Shown here piece by piece: positions 37,868-51,391 of a DNA stretch of 64,000 nucleotides; the first letter of the stretch is position 1, and the number at the start of each line of letters is the position of its first letter. The DNA comes from Takakia lepidozioides (Eukaryota > Plantae > Bryophyta). Position numbers and translations under genes: made by a program. Under the pieces are notes generated by a model. It was not told the origin of the DNA and made no database searches. It saw only the letters and a program-made list of their open reading frames with translations. The DNA lies in assembly GCA_030704615.1 (NCBI GenBank), contig CM060731.1, positions 44,702,001 to 44,766,000 of the forward strand, written 5' to 3'.

Positions 37868-40800
37868 TTACATACACCCCTCAAGACCTGTGAAAGGAAG
37901 TGGCTGCTCCTGCTTCTTGATATGCTCTAGCAACAGGGCAGCCTTTCTCATAGCCCGTGGAGTGCCATCACGGGCCAATTCACTCAGTGGCACATGAGCC
38001 CCCAACTGTCGTGCTATGGCTATGTGGGCAGAGTCATTGGAACTCAATGCAAGTAAAACTGCTGCAGCATTCTCCTTGTTGCGGGGGGCTCCACTTCTGA
38101 TTATCTCAACCAATGTGGGGATGGCTGAAGCCTGGCCAATTGCAACCTTGCCCTCCTGGTGGGTGGCCAGAATGGCAAGAATTGCCAGGGCTTCATCCAC
38201 CATTCCCGCATTTTGGTCTTCCAGAAGTTTCATTAGGGGAGGTACTACACCTGCCCGAACTGCACGCGCCTTGTTACCTTGGTAGATTGAGAGATTGAAG
38301 AGGGCTGTGGCAGCATCTTTCTTTCCCCTTGAGCTCCCATCTCGGAGCAAATCAACCAAAGCAGGGATTGCACCAGAAGCCCCGATGGTTACCTTATTCT
38401 CATCCACCACAGATAGACTGAAAAGAGTTGCTGCAGCATTCTCTCGGGCTTCCTTACTTCCATTCCTCAGGACTTCAACTATGGGGTAGATTGCTCCGGC
38501 TAAGACAATGGCTCCCTTGTTGTTATCATTTATGGAGAGATTCAAAAGCGCAGTCACTGCATGCTCCTGGGTTTTGGGGTCACTTGTGGTAAGAAGATCA
38601 ACCAGGCGAGGGATGGCACCTGCCTCTGCAATGCAGACCCGATGTTCAACATTCCTTTTGGCCAACAATCGGATTTCTCCAGCAGCAGCCCTTTGCATAT
38701 CTATCTGGCCACTCGAGAGTTTTCTGACTAGAATGTCGATGGTGACTCTAATGCCAGACCTCTTCGGAACTTCAATTCCATGTGTCTTGCACCACTGCTC
38801 AATCAAACTGCGGAGAACGTAGTTGGGGGTCAGCTTTGTATGGTGTAGCGTTACACCTGTCTTAGGACATGTACGGTGTCCAGTCTCCAGCCACTTCTGG
38901 ATGCAGGCACGCTCATAGGTCTGCCAACCAATGAAAGAGTGGATCAAAGTTCATTTCCAATGATGTAATGTGAAGTGGAATAATGCTGCCCCACTTCCAC
39001 AAAGGGTATAGCAATGTTTCCAGAACAATCAACTGCTGTACAGCAGAAACCTCTAATCATGTGCAGCAAGGATCATTTCGGCGTAGGGGCTGATGGTCCT
39101 CCAACTTTGTTAGCTCCTGAATCATCCTATTTTCCTGTTGTACCCTGATCAAAGTACAGGTAGATGAAAATAACCTAAACACAAGCGAAGAAAAGGTAAG
39201 GAACCAACCTGTCCAGTGGCAACGAAGACTGGATCTTTCATCATCTCCAACGAAATAGGACATTTGAAATCATCTGGTACATTCAGGCGCCCTTCTTTCT
39301 CAGTACCCGCACCTGTTCCCACTTCACTGGCATTCTGAGATCCTCTATTCTCAATACCGGCACCAGTCCTTGGTTCAGAAAAATCATTGAAGCCCCCTGT
39401 CTCAGCATACGACCGTACTGTAAATTGAGTCCTTTCTAGTTCAGGGAGATCTATTTCTAAGTTCTCAGCCGGCAAAATCCTCCTCAACTTCCTCAAGACA
39501 AAGAACATTTGTTCAAAGCCCTTGTCATTGTCCCGAATCACTCCTTCAGGAAAGATGGCTCCTTCATAGCTTTCATTTTCCATGATCTCCTGTATTGCGT
39601 GTGATTCTTCCCTTATTGCCCTGGTGGAATTGAGTTCAAGTCCATTGGCCAGTCTGCCAAGCACTGCTGGATCAGCAGGCTTATCATCTATCTCACCCAG
39701 TACTGAAATCAAGTCTGCATGTAATCGTACATCTTGGGGATCCACCCTGCCTTTTGCTCTCATAAGTTGAGTGTGCAGCAGCTCAATCTGCACCACATGG
39801 CAAAGAAGCATAGTGAAAAATACGTGAAGGCAGAGGAAAGCTACTTTCACAGTTCAAATTCAAAGTGGATGCAAAGAAAATTGAAACCAACAGGAAAGAC
39901 ACAACCTTGAAGGATTAACCGTACATGATTAACTTTCAATCTAACTGGGCAGCTTTGATTTGAATGGACACGAAATGGACTATTTAACAATTATCATCCC
40001 TCGCGTTGAAACAGTGTCTAGCACTCTCCAAGAGCAATGCTTAAGAGGCCTTAAACACAATGTGCACAGCTTTCTCATATACATAGAGACAGTTACCTGC
40101 TCTTGCACTTCATCTGAGACATCAAGAAGGTCAAAGGGCAATCCATCCAACCCCTTCCCCATCTCTGCTGTTAACTTCTGAAACCGATCTGTCACTGCAA
40201 GTCTCTCCATTATCTGCCACACGCACCACAATCAATTGCTCACAATCTTTGATCATACCAGCACAGTATCCCCTTATTCGTTGAAGCTTCTCATGGCTAG
40301 CCCAGAGTAGTTAGGGGGCTGTGCCCACTGACAGGATTCATCCCAGCCCTTGCTGACGCTTCTCACAGCTAACCTGAGTGGTTAGGGCACTGTCCCTACT
40401 GCTCAATTTGTGCCGAGGCAGAAGGTTTCAAATTGAAGACAACCCAATCAGAAGGGAGGTCACAACATAAACCTGGTGACCATCCTCACAGGAGGGAGAG
40501 ACAACTCAGACTCATGGCAGAACCAACTAAAACAACCAGCAATACAACAGTCCGAAATAAAAAAAGGTGCCCTACCTGGCATTGACTACTAGCCATAAGT
40601 TAAACAGAGACAAGCAGGAACGATCCCAATTAAAGGTACACCACATCCAATTAATTATATCTCCATGCAGGCCAACGCCTACCTGCCAGAAGTGACCTGG
40701 TTTTTCCAAAATCGAATGTGACCAGAAGTGCTCACATGCCATTGGTAAATTTGAGAAGACGTACCCTGACCTTCTTGAAGAGAGTAACTACTTTTATTAA

Positions 40801-41402
40801 ATCTCAGAACTAAGACAGATGGAATCCCTGACAATTACATGCACAATGTACATGATGAAATATGGTGATGGTCATGCTGAACCAAGGAGCCAACTTCAAC
40901 AGGTAGATTACAAAATACGTGTATTCCATGATTCGTCCAGTGGAGGTTCGAATCATCTGGGGGTGGGGGCTTGGACGATCTTCATTCAGACAACATCAAG
41001 AGATTATAACTGCAGACATTCTTCTACTTCTACCCATACTCATACTCATACCTGTACGAGTCAAGAGACTTGCAACGGGTTCAAAAGCGAGGGTTACATG
41101 GCCATAAAAATAAGGAAATAAGAACGTACCAGATACAATGTGCTGCCATGATAGCAGAAACGAAGCAACTCCTTAGCGGAGCACAGCGCCCTATACAGCC
41201 CTTTGAAGCATGTGATGGCCGCATCCGGGAGAGGCAAACTCATTTCCCTGACCTCTTCAAACAAAGGGGCTAGTAACTTCACTCGCCTTACGAGGGCAGC
41301 ACATTCTTTCTTATGACTCTTTCTGAAATCTCCTATCAAGCTTATAGCATTCACTACATCAATAAGTGATTGAACTAGTGATTGTGAAGAGCCTTCCCCC
41401 AT
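37868..41402 (-). CDS. Plant U-box E3 ubiquitin ligase, UND/U-box/ARM class (PUB10-14/SPL11-like), ~673 aa
   Basis: Exons 41402-41130, 40213-40097, 39787-39209 and 38920-37868 have GT-AG borders, all phase 0, and give an open frame. U-box '[23 protein letters not shown]|[10 protein letters not shown]...CPKT'; ARM repeats '[13 protein letters not shown]', '[13 protein letters not shown]'. Confidence 0.96.
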
Positions 41403-43109
41403 CTAATACAGATCCTCAGTGGCCCTGCCTGCTGTCGCTATATATGTGTGTATATAATCTGAACTATTATATTACACTTGTCGATACGTATGCTATCTTA
41501 TTGCGCTTGTGGATGCCTTTAATCTGACAATCTGCTGGAGCCAAACGCCATCGTTCTTCCAGACCACCTACTTTCTTTTTCGCTATCCATATGCTTCTTA
41601 ACACTCCTGTGGTGGATGTAGCCGATACTGGAAAAACTCTTCCATTGGTCACCACAACTTCTCCTTGTTCAGACACAGTAGTCAGTGCCTCGTCGAAAAG
41701 TAGTCGTCCCAACCTCAGGCCTTTCTCAAACCTCCCATCTTCACACTGTTTCAAGCTTACTGCCTCGCTGTCGTCGACAACTGCCGTCCCGCATAACTTT
41801 CCCCTCTCCGCTCCCTCCTCCGAAAAATCTCACCTTGTTACTCCAGCTCCCCCAACTTCTGCGAAACAGATTCTCAGATACTCGAACAAGAGACCTGCTG
41901 CTCTCAGTGCCAAGGCTAATCACACTCCCACACAGTCTACCTCCCACACTCCAGATCCATGCGCATGTGCTCTCCGTCCAGCCAGCTCCCCAGCAACAGA
42001 TCGAGATGCTGCTACTTGCTCTCCCTCGCGTGCTCAAGCGTCCCCATTATACACACCAACCAACACGGAAAGCACACTCTCAGGCCAAGCCATCCTACAG
42101 CAAGGAGATCATCCCTGGCGTACCAAAGCGAATCTTTCCAGGCAACCATAGCATTCTCCAAACATGCCGATCAGGGATCCAGCTGCAACTCAAGCATGCC
42201 ACGAAACCCCCACCGCCTGCGTACGTGTTGGATTTGTTCCAGAAACATAGATACTAGAAACCCCAGCGCGCGTGTGCGGGAGAGGGTTTCCAGCCAAGAA
42301 GATGACCACGTTCACGACCCACTCCTTAACCACGGTTGCGGGGTAGGGTTTCGGCTAAACCAAGTCGTTCAGTGGCCGGCGAGATTTGGCTAAACCTATG
42401 CTGGTGGACTTGTCTCTGCAGGTTTAGCTGAGACTGCCACGTGGTCATTCATTGGAGTATTCTGCCCGAATTGTTTTTTGGGGGATCGAACCGACTCTGT
42501 TTGTGCTTCATTTTGTGTTAGGAAAACTTTGATATGGTGGATGTAAATCTGATAAAATGGATGATTTACAGTTTGTAAGCACAGGTTTTCTCTTTGGGCA
42601 GTCACTGTTTCAATTGCCTTTTTTATTTTTATTTTTTTTAATGGCTATGCCAGTTAATTTTACTTTTACTTTTTTTTTCCCTTTTAAAGAGAGGGGAATA
42701 GAAAGTTATAGAAACTAGAAACCCTAAAAATAAAAAAAAACAAAACCCTTAGTTTTGATTTTGACCTTCAATTTTGTAAAAAACAGATTCTGTTAAAAAC
42801 ATATATATATATTTTTGCTCAGACTATCGTAGAATCTTTTGCTCAGACTATCTTAGACTCTGTTGCTTCCAGACACCATTCAATCGATAACCAGATTCAA
42901 TGTACCGTGACTCTGAATGCACAACATTTAAGAAAAAATGCACCATTTACTTTATTTTTTAAATGTAAAGTTTTCCAGGGCCACTGTTCACTATTTTTTA
43001 TTTTTTATTTTTGTTCACTATTATAAAGACAAAAAACAAATAAACAAAACTTGGACTTGTATGGTATCATTTAGCTGTTTCTTTTTTTTTCCATTTTTTT
43101 CTCTTTTGT

Positions 43110-43338
43110 TTTCTTTTTTTTTTCTTTTTAAAGGGAAACACCTGGGAGCGACAGCTCACAAATCAGGCCCCTTGATAGAGAGAGGAGAAAATAACCTCTC
43201 AGTAACCTCGCCAAAAGGCTTTCAGATGCGACACCGCGCAGGGAAGGGGGAGCAGAGCGTACCCCACCCGTCAAGTAGCAGGATTTGACTCCAGGGTCAT
43301 CCGGATGGCACTCAGTGCACTTTACCAACTGAGCTACT
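43110..43338 (-). mobile_element. tRNA-derived SINE
   Basis: Minus-strand head AGTAGCTCAGTTGGTAAAGTGCACTGAGTGCCATCCGGATGACCCTGGAGTCAAATCC has an A box and a B-box-like motif. A-rich tail. Second copy at 51155-51391; tail fragments at ~43428 and ~51010. Confidence 0.82.
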
Positions 43339-46300
43339 GACTGTTGGTTTTTTGGAAGTCGTGTTTCTAAGTTGCAAGTTTGAAAAAAGTGAGTGGTCCT
43401 TGTATTTTGTTTTTTAAAGTAAAAACATTTAAGGGAAACACCTGGGACCGACAGCTTTGTATTCAAAGTTGCATTCAGATGGTTTTTCTTCAAATCCGTT
43501 GCATTTGGTCATGTTTTCGAGGATAGGGGATGTCTTGGCTCAATCTTGAGAAAATATCTCACGACGGATCACACTATGCAACATGTCGGAAGTGATTGAC
43601 CCCGAAAACTCATGAGAAAAAATCAAACATACAGTATAATCCATTGCCGAACAAAACTGGCCCAACTAGAGAAGATAGTTAGGCATACGGCCGTTAGTTA
43701 GCAGTTCAACTCTATGCTCTAGTTGGCCACCCTGGCCCTAGATTCAAGCTCCACACAGTTTGTGTTGGGTCCAGAGACGTGCAAGGCATGCATGTTTACA
43801 AAAGCGGGAGAAGGCACGACAGAGCGACTATACTATTCGTCCACCACCAAGCATGCTTATCGTCCAGACGATAACCTCGGGTGGGACGCCGTCCGTCAAA
43901 AGTGACGGACCGGATAACGACAAACTGTCGGCCAGTGCCTTTGGTAACGGGAACGGACGAACTTGATTGGTCAAAGTCCCAAGCCCCACACGAGTGTAGA
44001 GGGGGAGCCTCGCAGAGCATGTGCATGAACGTGAGAGTAGAGCAGCGCTTTTACGAGGCACTAGAAGGTTCCATGTGGGGTTGCGGATGGTGGCCACAGA
44101 GACACGGGCGGTGGCGGGAAGGGGCAGGTAGGTGAGCGCAGCAGCAGCACATGGCAGCCCTTCAAGGCAGGCTGACTCGAGCTGGGCCTACCTAACGACT
44201 AGAATTACATAAGGAATGGGATGGATGGATGGCTGCAAACATCGCTGTGCAGATAGAGGAATTTCGTAGTCGAGGCATCCATCCCTGGCGTCCTAGGGTT
44301 TAAGCTCTGCCGCTATCCTTTCCAGTGTCCACCATCGCCGGGAGTTTGTCTGACGCTGTATATGTTTGTAATCTGTTCAGCGTTGTGTAGGTCGTATGAA
44401 TCTGCTTGGATGTTGTTGAATCGTTGCATGTCGTAGCTCGGGGGTAAGTGAGTGCCGATATATTTTGGTTCGTATGTTTTGAGTGTACGGCATTATTTGT
44501 TGTTGTGTTTCTGCAAGCTGCTATCTTTTTATGTGGCTGCAGTGGGGACTTCTGGCACCTTGGTTTGTGAACATTTGGCGCGGCATTCGGATGAAGTCAG
44601 TAGTTTGTGTGCTCTAAACCTTGCTTGTGTAAAGGACTTGTCTAGAACTGCAGTCAGAGCTTGTCTGTGGAGGAACTATGATCCCTTTCGGCGGTGGATC
44701 TAGTCCAGCGAGCAAGGTAGAATGAGTCGTCGGTCTTCGCTGTCAAGGGACATCCAGTTGCGTTAGTGGTTTGCGTGCCAGATGTAGTTAAGCCTTGCGG
44801 TTGCGTCATGGCGATGAGATATTGCCAATATTATGAAAATAACTCGTTGTTATTGACGTTTTGGCAGGTGCAAACTGCACTTGCCAGGCTAGAAGATGCA
44901 GTCTGTGTTTGTACTGGCGTTGTACTCATGCTTTGTAGATGCGTGAGAAGCTCCTTGATATCCTGTGATGACCTTTCATGCTAATGCTGATAACCGTGAT
45001 TACAGAAAACGGTCTCTTGTCTGAGGATGTCAACGATCCCTTCACCTTCATTTTCGTGTGGTTCTTTAGATTTTCTTTCTAAGGGCAAGATGCCAAATTG
45101 CTGTAAGCTTGCCTCGTTGTTTGGCTGGCTGTTTGACTGCAATGCAGTCTTTTAAAGTCTGTCTGTCGATGCTCATGCCAAAGTTCGTAGCTCTGCAGCC
45201 AATGGTGGATTGTTCAACGTTAGGAACACACTTGGCTGCCCCCGCGTGGCCAGTTTTAAGGATTTATTTGTTCGATGCATTTTAATGCCAAACTACCCCT
45301 AGTATCCGAACTGTCACTTTCCATACCATTGTTAGGAGTAGGCAGGTACGGTATTATGATGTATCGAGGAGGAATCTGATCGTCTCGACCTTGTTTGCCC
45401 GCCATGAAGGTCTTCGGCGTCTGTTGTAAGGCCACTTTTAAAAGTGCGATGTCACTTGGTACACATTGAATGAACCCTTGTACATCTGTCTTCGATGGGA
45501 TTGCGGGGCAAGCCTGGTACGGTTCATCTGCAGTAGTGGTTGAAGTGGAGCATCTGTCTTGATTGTCTCGTATTGCTCTTCATATTGCAAGTAGAAAAAG
45601 GACGGAGTGGTGGTCCTTGAGGGGGGTATGTTTTGTACGTTTTGAATAGCTTCAGAGTCGTACTTTTTTAGGGTGAAAAGTTCAGAGGTATGAGAGAAGT
45701 CTACATGAGGATGTGGTAATTTTTGGAGCAGCTTACTCCTCTGACCTTATCAAGTGTGTAACAGTCGCTCAGTCTTTCACCAACCTGACTAAGTAGGATT
45801 GTCTTAACACAACTTCACTGCAGTGGCTCGAGGATGGTGCAGCGGACATAAAACTGTGCTTGTTTGTACACTCTCCAAAGATAAATAAAAAATTCTGACT
45901 CGTCAATGTTTCCAACCACTGCAACTGGAGCCTCTGCATTAGTGCAACAGATATGACTATACTCTGATCTAAATTGAAACTCACTCTTACCTGCCTTTGC
46001 AATGTATTGAATATCCTGTGTCTTGACTGCTGTGAAGAATGTTACTCCTGGCATCTGAGCAGTTTGGTTGACTCACAATCTACTGTATGATGAGATGTAG
46101 TGCCCAGCTCCACAAAGGTGTTCTGGTACCATTCTGGTCATTCTACAGTTTCGTAAATTGTGTGTCAAACATATGAAGGCACTATGTTCTGCAATGTTGC
46201 CCTAATCTTCTTTGGAACTGCTTTCAGACAAGTAAATTTTCAGCCACACTAATACTTTGGACAATGTTTTCTTCACTTTCCTATAAAGTATTTGTCCAGT

Positions 46301-47803
46301 AAATTGGTCCAAGTATCCTCTTCAAAATGGAGACGGTAAGAATCTTTCCCTACTAAAATCCAACTTCCTCTGCAGCATGTGTGACTATCAATACTTGTTA
46401 GCAACATTTCCTTGAATAATGGCAGACTGTGATTGTGAGTTAACAACTTCATAAAATCATTGTTCTTCACTGTCCAGGTCCTGGCAGAGGATGTAAGCAT
46501 GTAGACAATGGACATCCCTGGCTAGTTTCTAATCTAACCAGGGTGGGCATGTTCCTGCACATCAAAACCAGAGGTCCTTTTATGGCCATCTATTCTCATG
46601 AGTTTGACGAGTTTCAGTACTGAAATTAAGCACAGGAGCTTATCAGCAAACTGCACTTCGAACATGATTTTCAAGTTCTGCCAAATTGGTGCCAACTGAA
46701 GGTATGTGTGAGGTGGATGCGGTGGATTATGAACATGACACAGCAGGCCTACACAGACTATCACAACACATCTCATGATTCAATCATGAGCTCAATCCAT
46801 AGCTCCGGATTTGAACTTCCAAACTTGAGGAAAATACAGGAATGGAACCTGAAGGATGCATCGACAAGGGCTTTGTCAATGCGTACCCAGCAGATGTTCT
46901 TAGAGAAACACCACAGGATTATGCTGACTAAGAATTGAAGTAGCCATAAACCCCATATCTGTTTGGATCAGAGGTCTGAATTGTGCACACAGCACAACTG
47001 ACATTGTGATGATGGCAACATTAAGGATAGATACTGACAAACACACACTAGCATGGCCGTGAGATGACAGATAATGCAGAGCAAGCTTCCTGATTGATTC
47101 TATCTGAAAACTTCCAATTTGGTTCTCAACGACTGCCATTTAGGGCTCATATGTATGCCCAGTTAAAAGCTGATCTCTTTTCCCCCTGGCTTTAGCCCTC
47201 ACTATCTCCCTCTCTATGACAATAAGGTAACAGCAGCATAGTCAAACCACGAACATCTCTCTCTCTCTCTCTCTCCAGATCATGCGGCAGTGTACATGAC
47301 AGTGCAATTAAGACCAGTTAATACCAATTCTTGGTATATATATAGAGTCAGTATATGTCAATTGCCCTTCCTACTAGTATTGAGGGGTAAAAATGTGAGA
47401 GTTGAGGGCATTCAATTAATGCATCCTTTGACCCCTTTAAGTTCCACTCTCTTGCAGAGCAGATTCTAAGCTTCACGTTGGCCTGATTGTGGCGGCGTCT
47501 ACTTATTGAGGGATAAGGAAGTGTTCTCGCAAAATTGGGTAATCTTACAAGGGGTCATATGCTAGACACTGGAGGGAAGAGGGAGGGGGAGACAGAGAGA
47601 GCAGCAGCAGTGGTGTATCTAGACATTTTTTTGGGTTAAGCTGGTTAGCACAGTCGAAGTTCCAAGGGCCTCGCAACAGCGCTGGACACGGCGGCACTGC
47701 CATGTATGTAGAATGCGCATCCCTACCTGGAGAGATTCCTACTCAGTATACAGATTTACATTCCAGGATCAGATTTACCTGGCGTCATAACAACATATCC
47801 GCA

Positions 47804-48742
47804 TCATATTGATCGTGACCCATAGCTTGTACCCACTAAATGCTGCACACGCTTATGCAAATCCAGCAGCTTCTTTGCCTTCCTCCGGGCTTTGGCAGTG
47901 CCAGTGCTGGCGAGTTCTCCCAAAGGCCCATAAACCCCATATTTTTCCGATGCGTAGATGTGATTGGGATCATTCGAGCACAATTCAAGGAGAATCGCGG
48001 CTGCATTCTCCTTTTGACGAGGATTTCCATCTGTGATAATGTCCACAAAGATGGGAACAGCGGTTGAGCCATGGCCGATGGCAGTCTGCCCGTCGGTGTG
48101 AGTTGCCAAGATGGCGAGGACTACGAGGGCCTCCTCAGCAATCCCTTCATTCTCGTCAACCAGCAGCTTCATCAGAGGAGGGATCACACCTGCCCTTACA
48201 GCCAAAGCCTTGTTATCATGATATATTGATAGATCAAACAGAGCGCTCGCCGCATCTCGTTTCCCTCTCTTAGAACCATCAATCAAGAGCTGCACCAGTC
48301 CAGGTATGGCGCCCTCAGTGTTCCCAATGAGAGCCTTATTTGAGGAGCGCGTTGATAGACTGAAAAGAGCCGCTGCCGCATTTTCTCGGGCTTCCATGTC
48401 CCCAGTCCTGAGCACTTCAACGATCGGATCAACTGCCCCGGCGGAAACGATGGAATCCTTGAGGTGCGCATTGATAGACAAGTTCAAGAGGGTGGTAACT
48501 GCGTGTTTTCGGGTCTCGGCGTCATCGGTCTCTAACAGAACTGAAACGAGTGTGGGAATGGCACCTATCAGAGCAACGTAGTCGCGGTTCATGGAGCTTT
48601 TCCTTGTCAGCAGTCGAAGCCCCTGTGTAGCCTCCTTCTTCCCACCTACCTTGGATTCTATGAGATCTGTAACCCACGCATCAATTCTGGCTCTATCTTC
48701 TGGGGACACAGTGTGGGCCTCAGGAAAATCGCCCCCTGCCAT
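47804..48742 (-). CDS. Intronless ARM-repeat protein of the PUB family lacking the U-box (312 aa)
   Basis: Open ORF aligned with the ARM region of the neighbouring PUB ('HAVTTLLNLSI', '[15 protein letters not shown]', 'RGKRDAASALFDLSIY', 'PRQKENAAAILL'). There is an in-frame stop 6 codons upstream of the ATG. Confidence 0.88.
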   Translation of the reverse strand: MAGGDFPEAHTVSPEDRARIDAWVTDLIESKVGGKKEATQGLRLLTRKSSMNRDYVALIGAIPTLVSVLLETDDAETRKHAVTTLLNLSINAHLKDSIVSAGAVDPIVEVLRTGDMEARENAAAALFSLSTRSSNKALIGNTEGAIPGLVQLLIDGSKRGKRDAASALFDLSIYHDNKALAVRAGVIPPLMKLLVDENEGIAEEALVVLAILATHTDGQTAIGHGSTAVPIFVDIITDGNPRQKENAAAILLELCSNDPNHIYASEKYGVYGPLGELASTGTAKARRKAKKLLDLHKRVQHLVGTSYGSRSI

Positions 48743-49871
48743 TCGACTCAGCGTGCCTCACCCCTGTTTCTCCACAAATCTCTAGGTATAGAATGATGTT
48801 CACACACTGGTCGCTTTGTCCTGCACACCAATAGCTGACCGATCAACACGCACGCCCGGCTACCTGCATTCACAGCAATGCGACCACACCATCTCAACCC
48901 TTCTGTCACTCTTCGTTTTCTCTCATGGCTTCGTCTTCCACCGCATAGTCCCTCAATGCTTGCCTCTGTCTTGAATTGGAAAATGCCATTCTCCTGTCGG
49001 CCTCGCAAACATCCGGGCAATCTAAGAAATGGATACAACCCAATTCAACCCTCCCACCTCTCCCCTTCCCCTCTCTGCCCCTCTCTCTCTCAATCAGATT
49101 TGTTAAGGGCACCACTCAATCATCTCCCACAGAGGAACGACACTTCCTCTGCCCCAATTCCAGTGAGAAGTGAGAAGCAACAGCGTGGAGCTCGGCGTGC
49201 TAGCGAAGCAGGAGTGCAATTAAGACTCAAAAGGCATAAATGCAGGCATCGGCATGGTGTCTCTCACAGCCAGGCTCTGACCACGGTTTGCGCTGTGTCA
49301 TTACCAGACCCTTGAATGCATTGCTTGTCTCTTAAGTAAACCCTTCCTCTCTCCTGCTCCACCTCCCTCCCCCTGCCGGAATCACGGAATTTGGTGGCCT
49401 TCCAAGTACCTCCCGACTCCCAACCCTCCCCGGATTAAACAGTCAACCCCGCCTCTCCCTCTCTCCCTCTCTCCCTCCGAATTCTGCAACTTTTTTTTTC
49501 CTTTTTTGTTTTTTGTTTCCAACCCGCCCTGGCCTTCCACTCGTGCAGTTGTGGGTGTGTGTGCATCACCAGGGCCATCCTGGGTTCAATCCTTCTTGCC
49601 CTGCGCTTTCAACCTAATCTCTAGAATACTAGAAATGAGGTGAGAACTTAATTCACACGTGCTCCTCTGATAGGACGGTTCGCCGGTTTCCGGCAAGTCA
49701 AATCTTTCCTACCCTCTCTTGAGCGCGACATGGAACTGAAGGAGTGTAAACTCCAGTCGGGGTTACACTGGGTTACACTGGGTTACACGAAGGGGTGTGT
49801 AATTCCACTAGGGGTTACACAGAATGCAATGTAACTCCACTTGTTACACACTTGGTCTCGAAATTTGACTA

Positions 49872-50175
49872 CCATACTTACATAGCTTATTAGGCAATAA
49901 TTAATTCAAAATCAAGTGTCTAATTAAATTTAGAATATTTTTAGAAAATGTGCCTAAGACTTGGAAAACTTTCCTGCCTAATTGCTCGAATTCTATTTTC
50001 GAAACCATTATGTTTTTCTTAGAAGAAAATTACCTCAACAATAAGGTCCACTGGAATACATGCCTGAAAATTACCTAGGGGAGATGCCTAAATAATAAAA
50101 ACGAATCTGCCTAATAATATTCTATTTTTATTAATTATTAGGCGTGGAAGTGCCTAATAAGCTAGGTAAGTATGG
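49872..50175. mobile_element. MITE (Tc1/mariner/Stowaway-like)
   Basis: TIRs CCATACTTACATAGCTTATTAGGCA / TGCCTAATAAGCTAGGTAAGTATGG flanked by TA on both sides; AT-rich interior. Confidence 0.82.
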
Positions 50176-50639
50176 TATGTCCAAATTTGGCTAAGTATAA
50201 AATGGATTAAGAAGACGTACACACATATAGAATTAAACCCAAAATCTCTTGCAATTACCTTACCAACAGATTACCCCGCCACTGATGTCATCCTCCTGGA
50301 TTCTTAAGTATTTAATAGTGAAACTGAGGTAAGAGGCTGTGGGAGGATTTGACAGGGGCCCCGCCGGAGGAGCCCAGGCTATGCATGAGTGCATTAATTC
50401 TTACATTATTCTTAGTGTCCTCCTACAAAATACAGTAGTCTTCAAGCCCTACAGTATTCCAAATAAATACATAATTTGTTTTAACTCTATAGTTGCTAAT
50501 TCAATTGGCCAATCAAATACAAATTGCTGCTAGTGAATCAACACTTCCCAAGAAAAAAAAGCTATTATAGCAGACCATACATATATGCCACATATTGTAT
50601 CTAATTATCTTTGTTAAGAGAAAAATGATACCTTGCAAA

Positions 50640-50760
50640 GGAAGCGTAAATTATGGTGTCTCTTGACTACTACATCTGGGAAGGGACACCTTTGTGCCAC
50701 CCATCTGTGGATTGAACCCACAACCGCTTCCGAGGTGGTGAGTGCCCACTGGGCTACAAC
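50640..50760 (-). mobile_element. Second tRNA-like SINE head
   Basis: Minus strand GTTGTAGCCCAGTGGGCAC...GTGGGTTCAATCCAC contains A and B boxes. No full cloverleaf; 3' end uncertain. Confidence 0.5.
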
Positions 50761-51154
50761 TTGGTTGTTTGTTATATTGTAGAGGGCTGAATTTCACCAC
50801 TCTTCCCTCGTCTCTCGCCAGCTCGTCACCCTCGTGTGTGGCGTGCCAATATTTTTATTCGTATTTGGAATTTTCGCACTCTCTTTTTTTCAGTAATAGA
50901 AACGGGACAGAGGCCCTTTTCGCGCACTCACTTTGTTACGTAGTTGGCAGATTGAAGCACGTTTTTTTCCCACATCCAACACATTATTCTCAATTTATTC
51001 AAAAAAGCCTGGAAACACCTGGCAGGAAGCTCACAAATCAGGCCCCCTTAAAATAACCTCTTTCGAAATAACCTCCCCATGAGCCGCCAAAGCACAAGGC
51101 TAATTGGGCACCTGCTAAATAGCCTTTTTTTTCCTTCAATGGATTCGGCTTTTC

Positions 51155-51391
51155 TTTTTTAATAAAGGGGAATACCTGGGAGCGACAGCTCACAAATCAG
51201 CCCCCTTAATTATAGTGAGAGGAGAAAATAACCTCTTTTAAAAAAAAATTAAAAACCCTCTTTCATAGTAACCTCGCCGTGAAGGCTTTTCACATGGACA
51301 CCGCGCATGGAAGGGGGGAGAAGAACATACCACACCGTCCAGGTAGCAGGATTTGACCCCAGCATCATCTGGGTGGCACTCAGTGCACCTT
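51155..51391 (-). mobile_element. tRNA-derived SINE, second copy lacking the A box
   Basis: Colinear with 43130-43322 (CCTGGGAGCGACAGCTCACAAATCAG...GTAGCAGGATTTGAC...GGCACTCAGTGCAC). Confidence 0.82.

Noticed and set aside
41591-42393. Overlapping Ser/Pro-rich ORFs upstream of the PUB gene
   Set aside because: No domain motifs; consistent with a CT-rich 5' UTR or promoter.
43270-43338. tRNA gene
   Set aside because: No acceptor stem and a degenerate T arm; it continues into a repeated body with an A-rich tail, so it is a SINE head.
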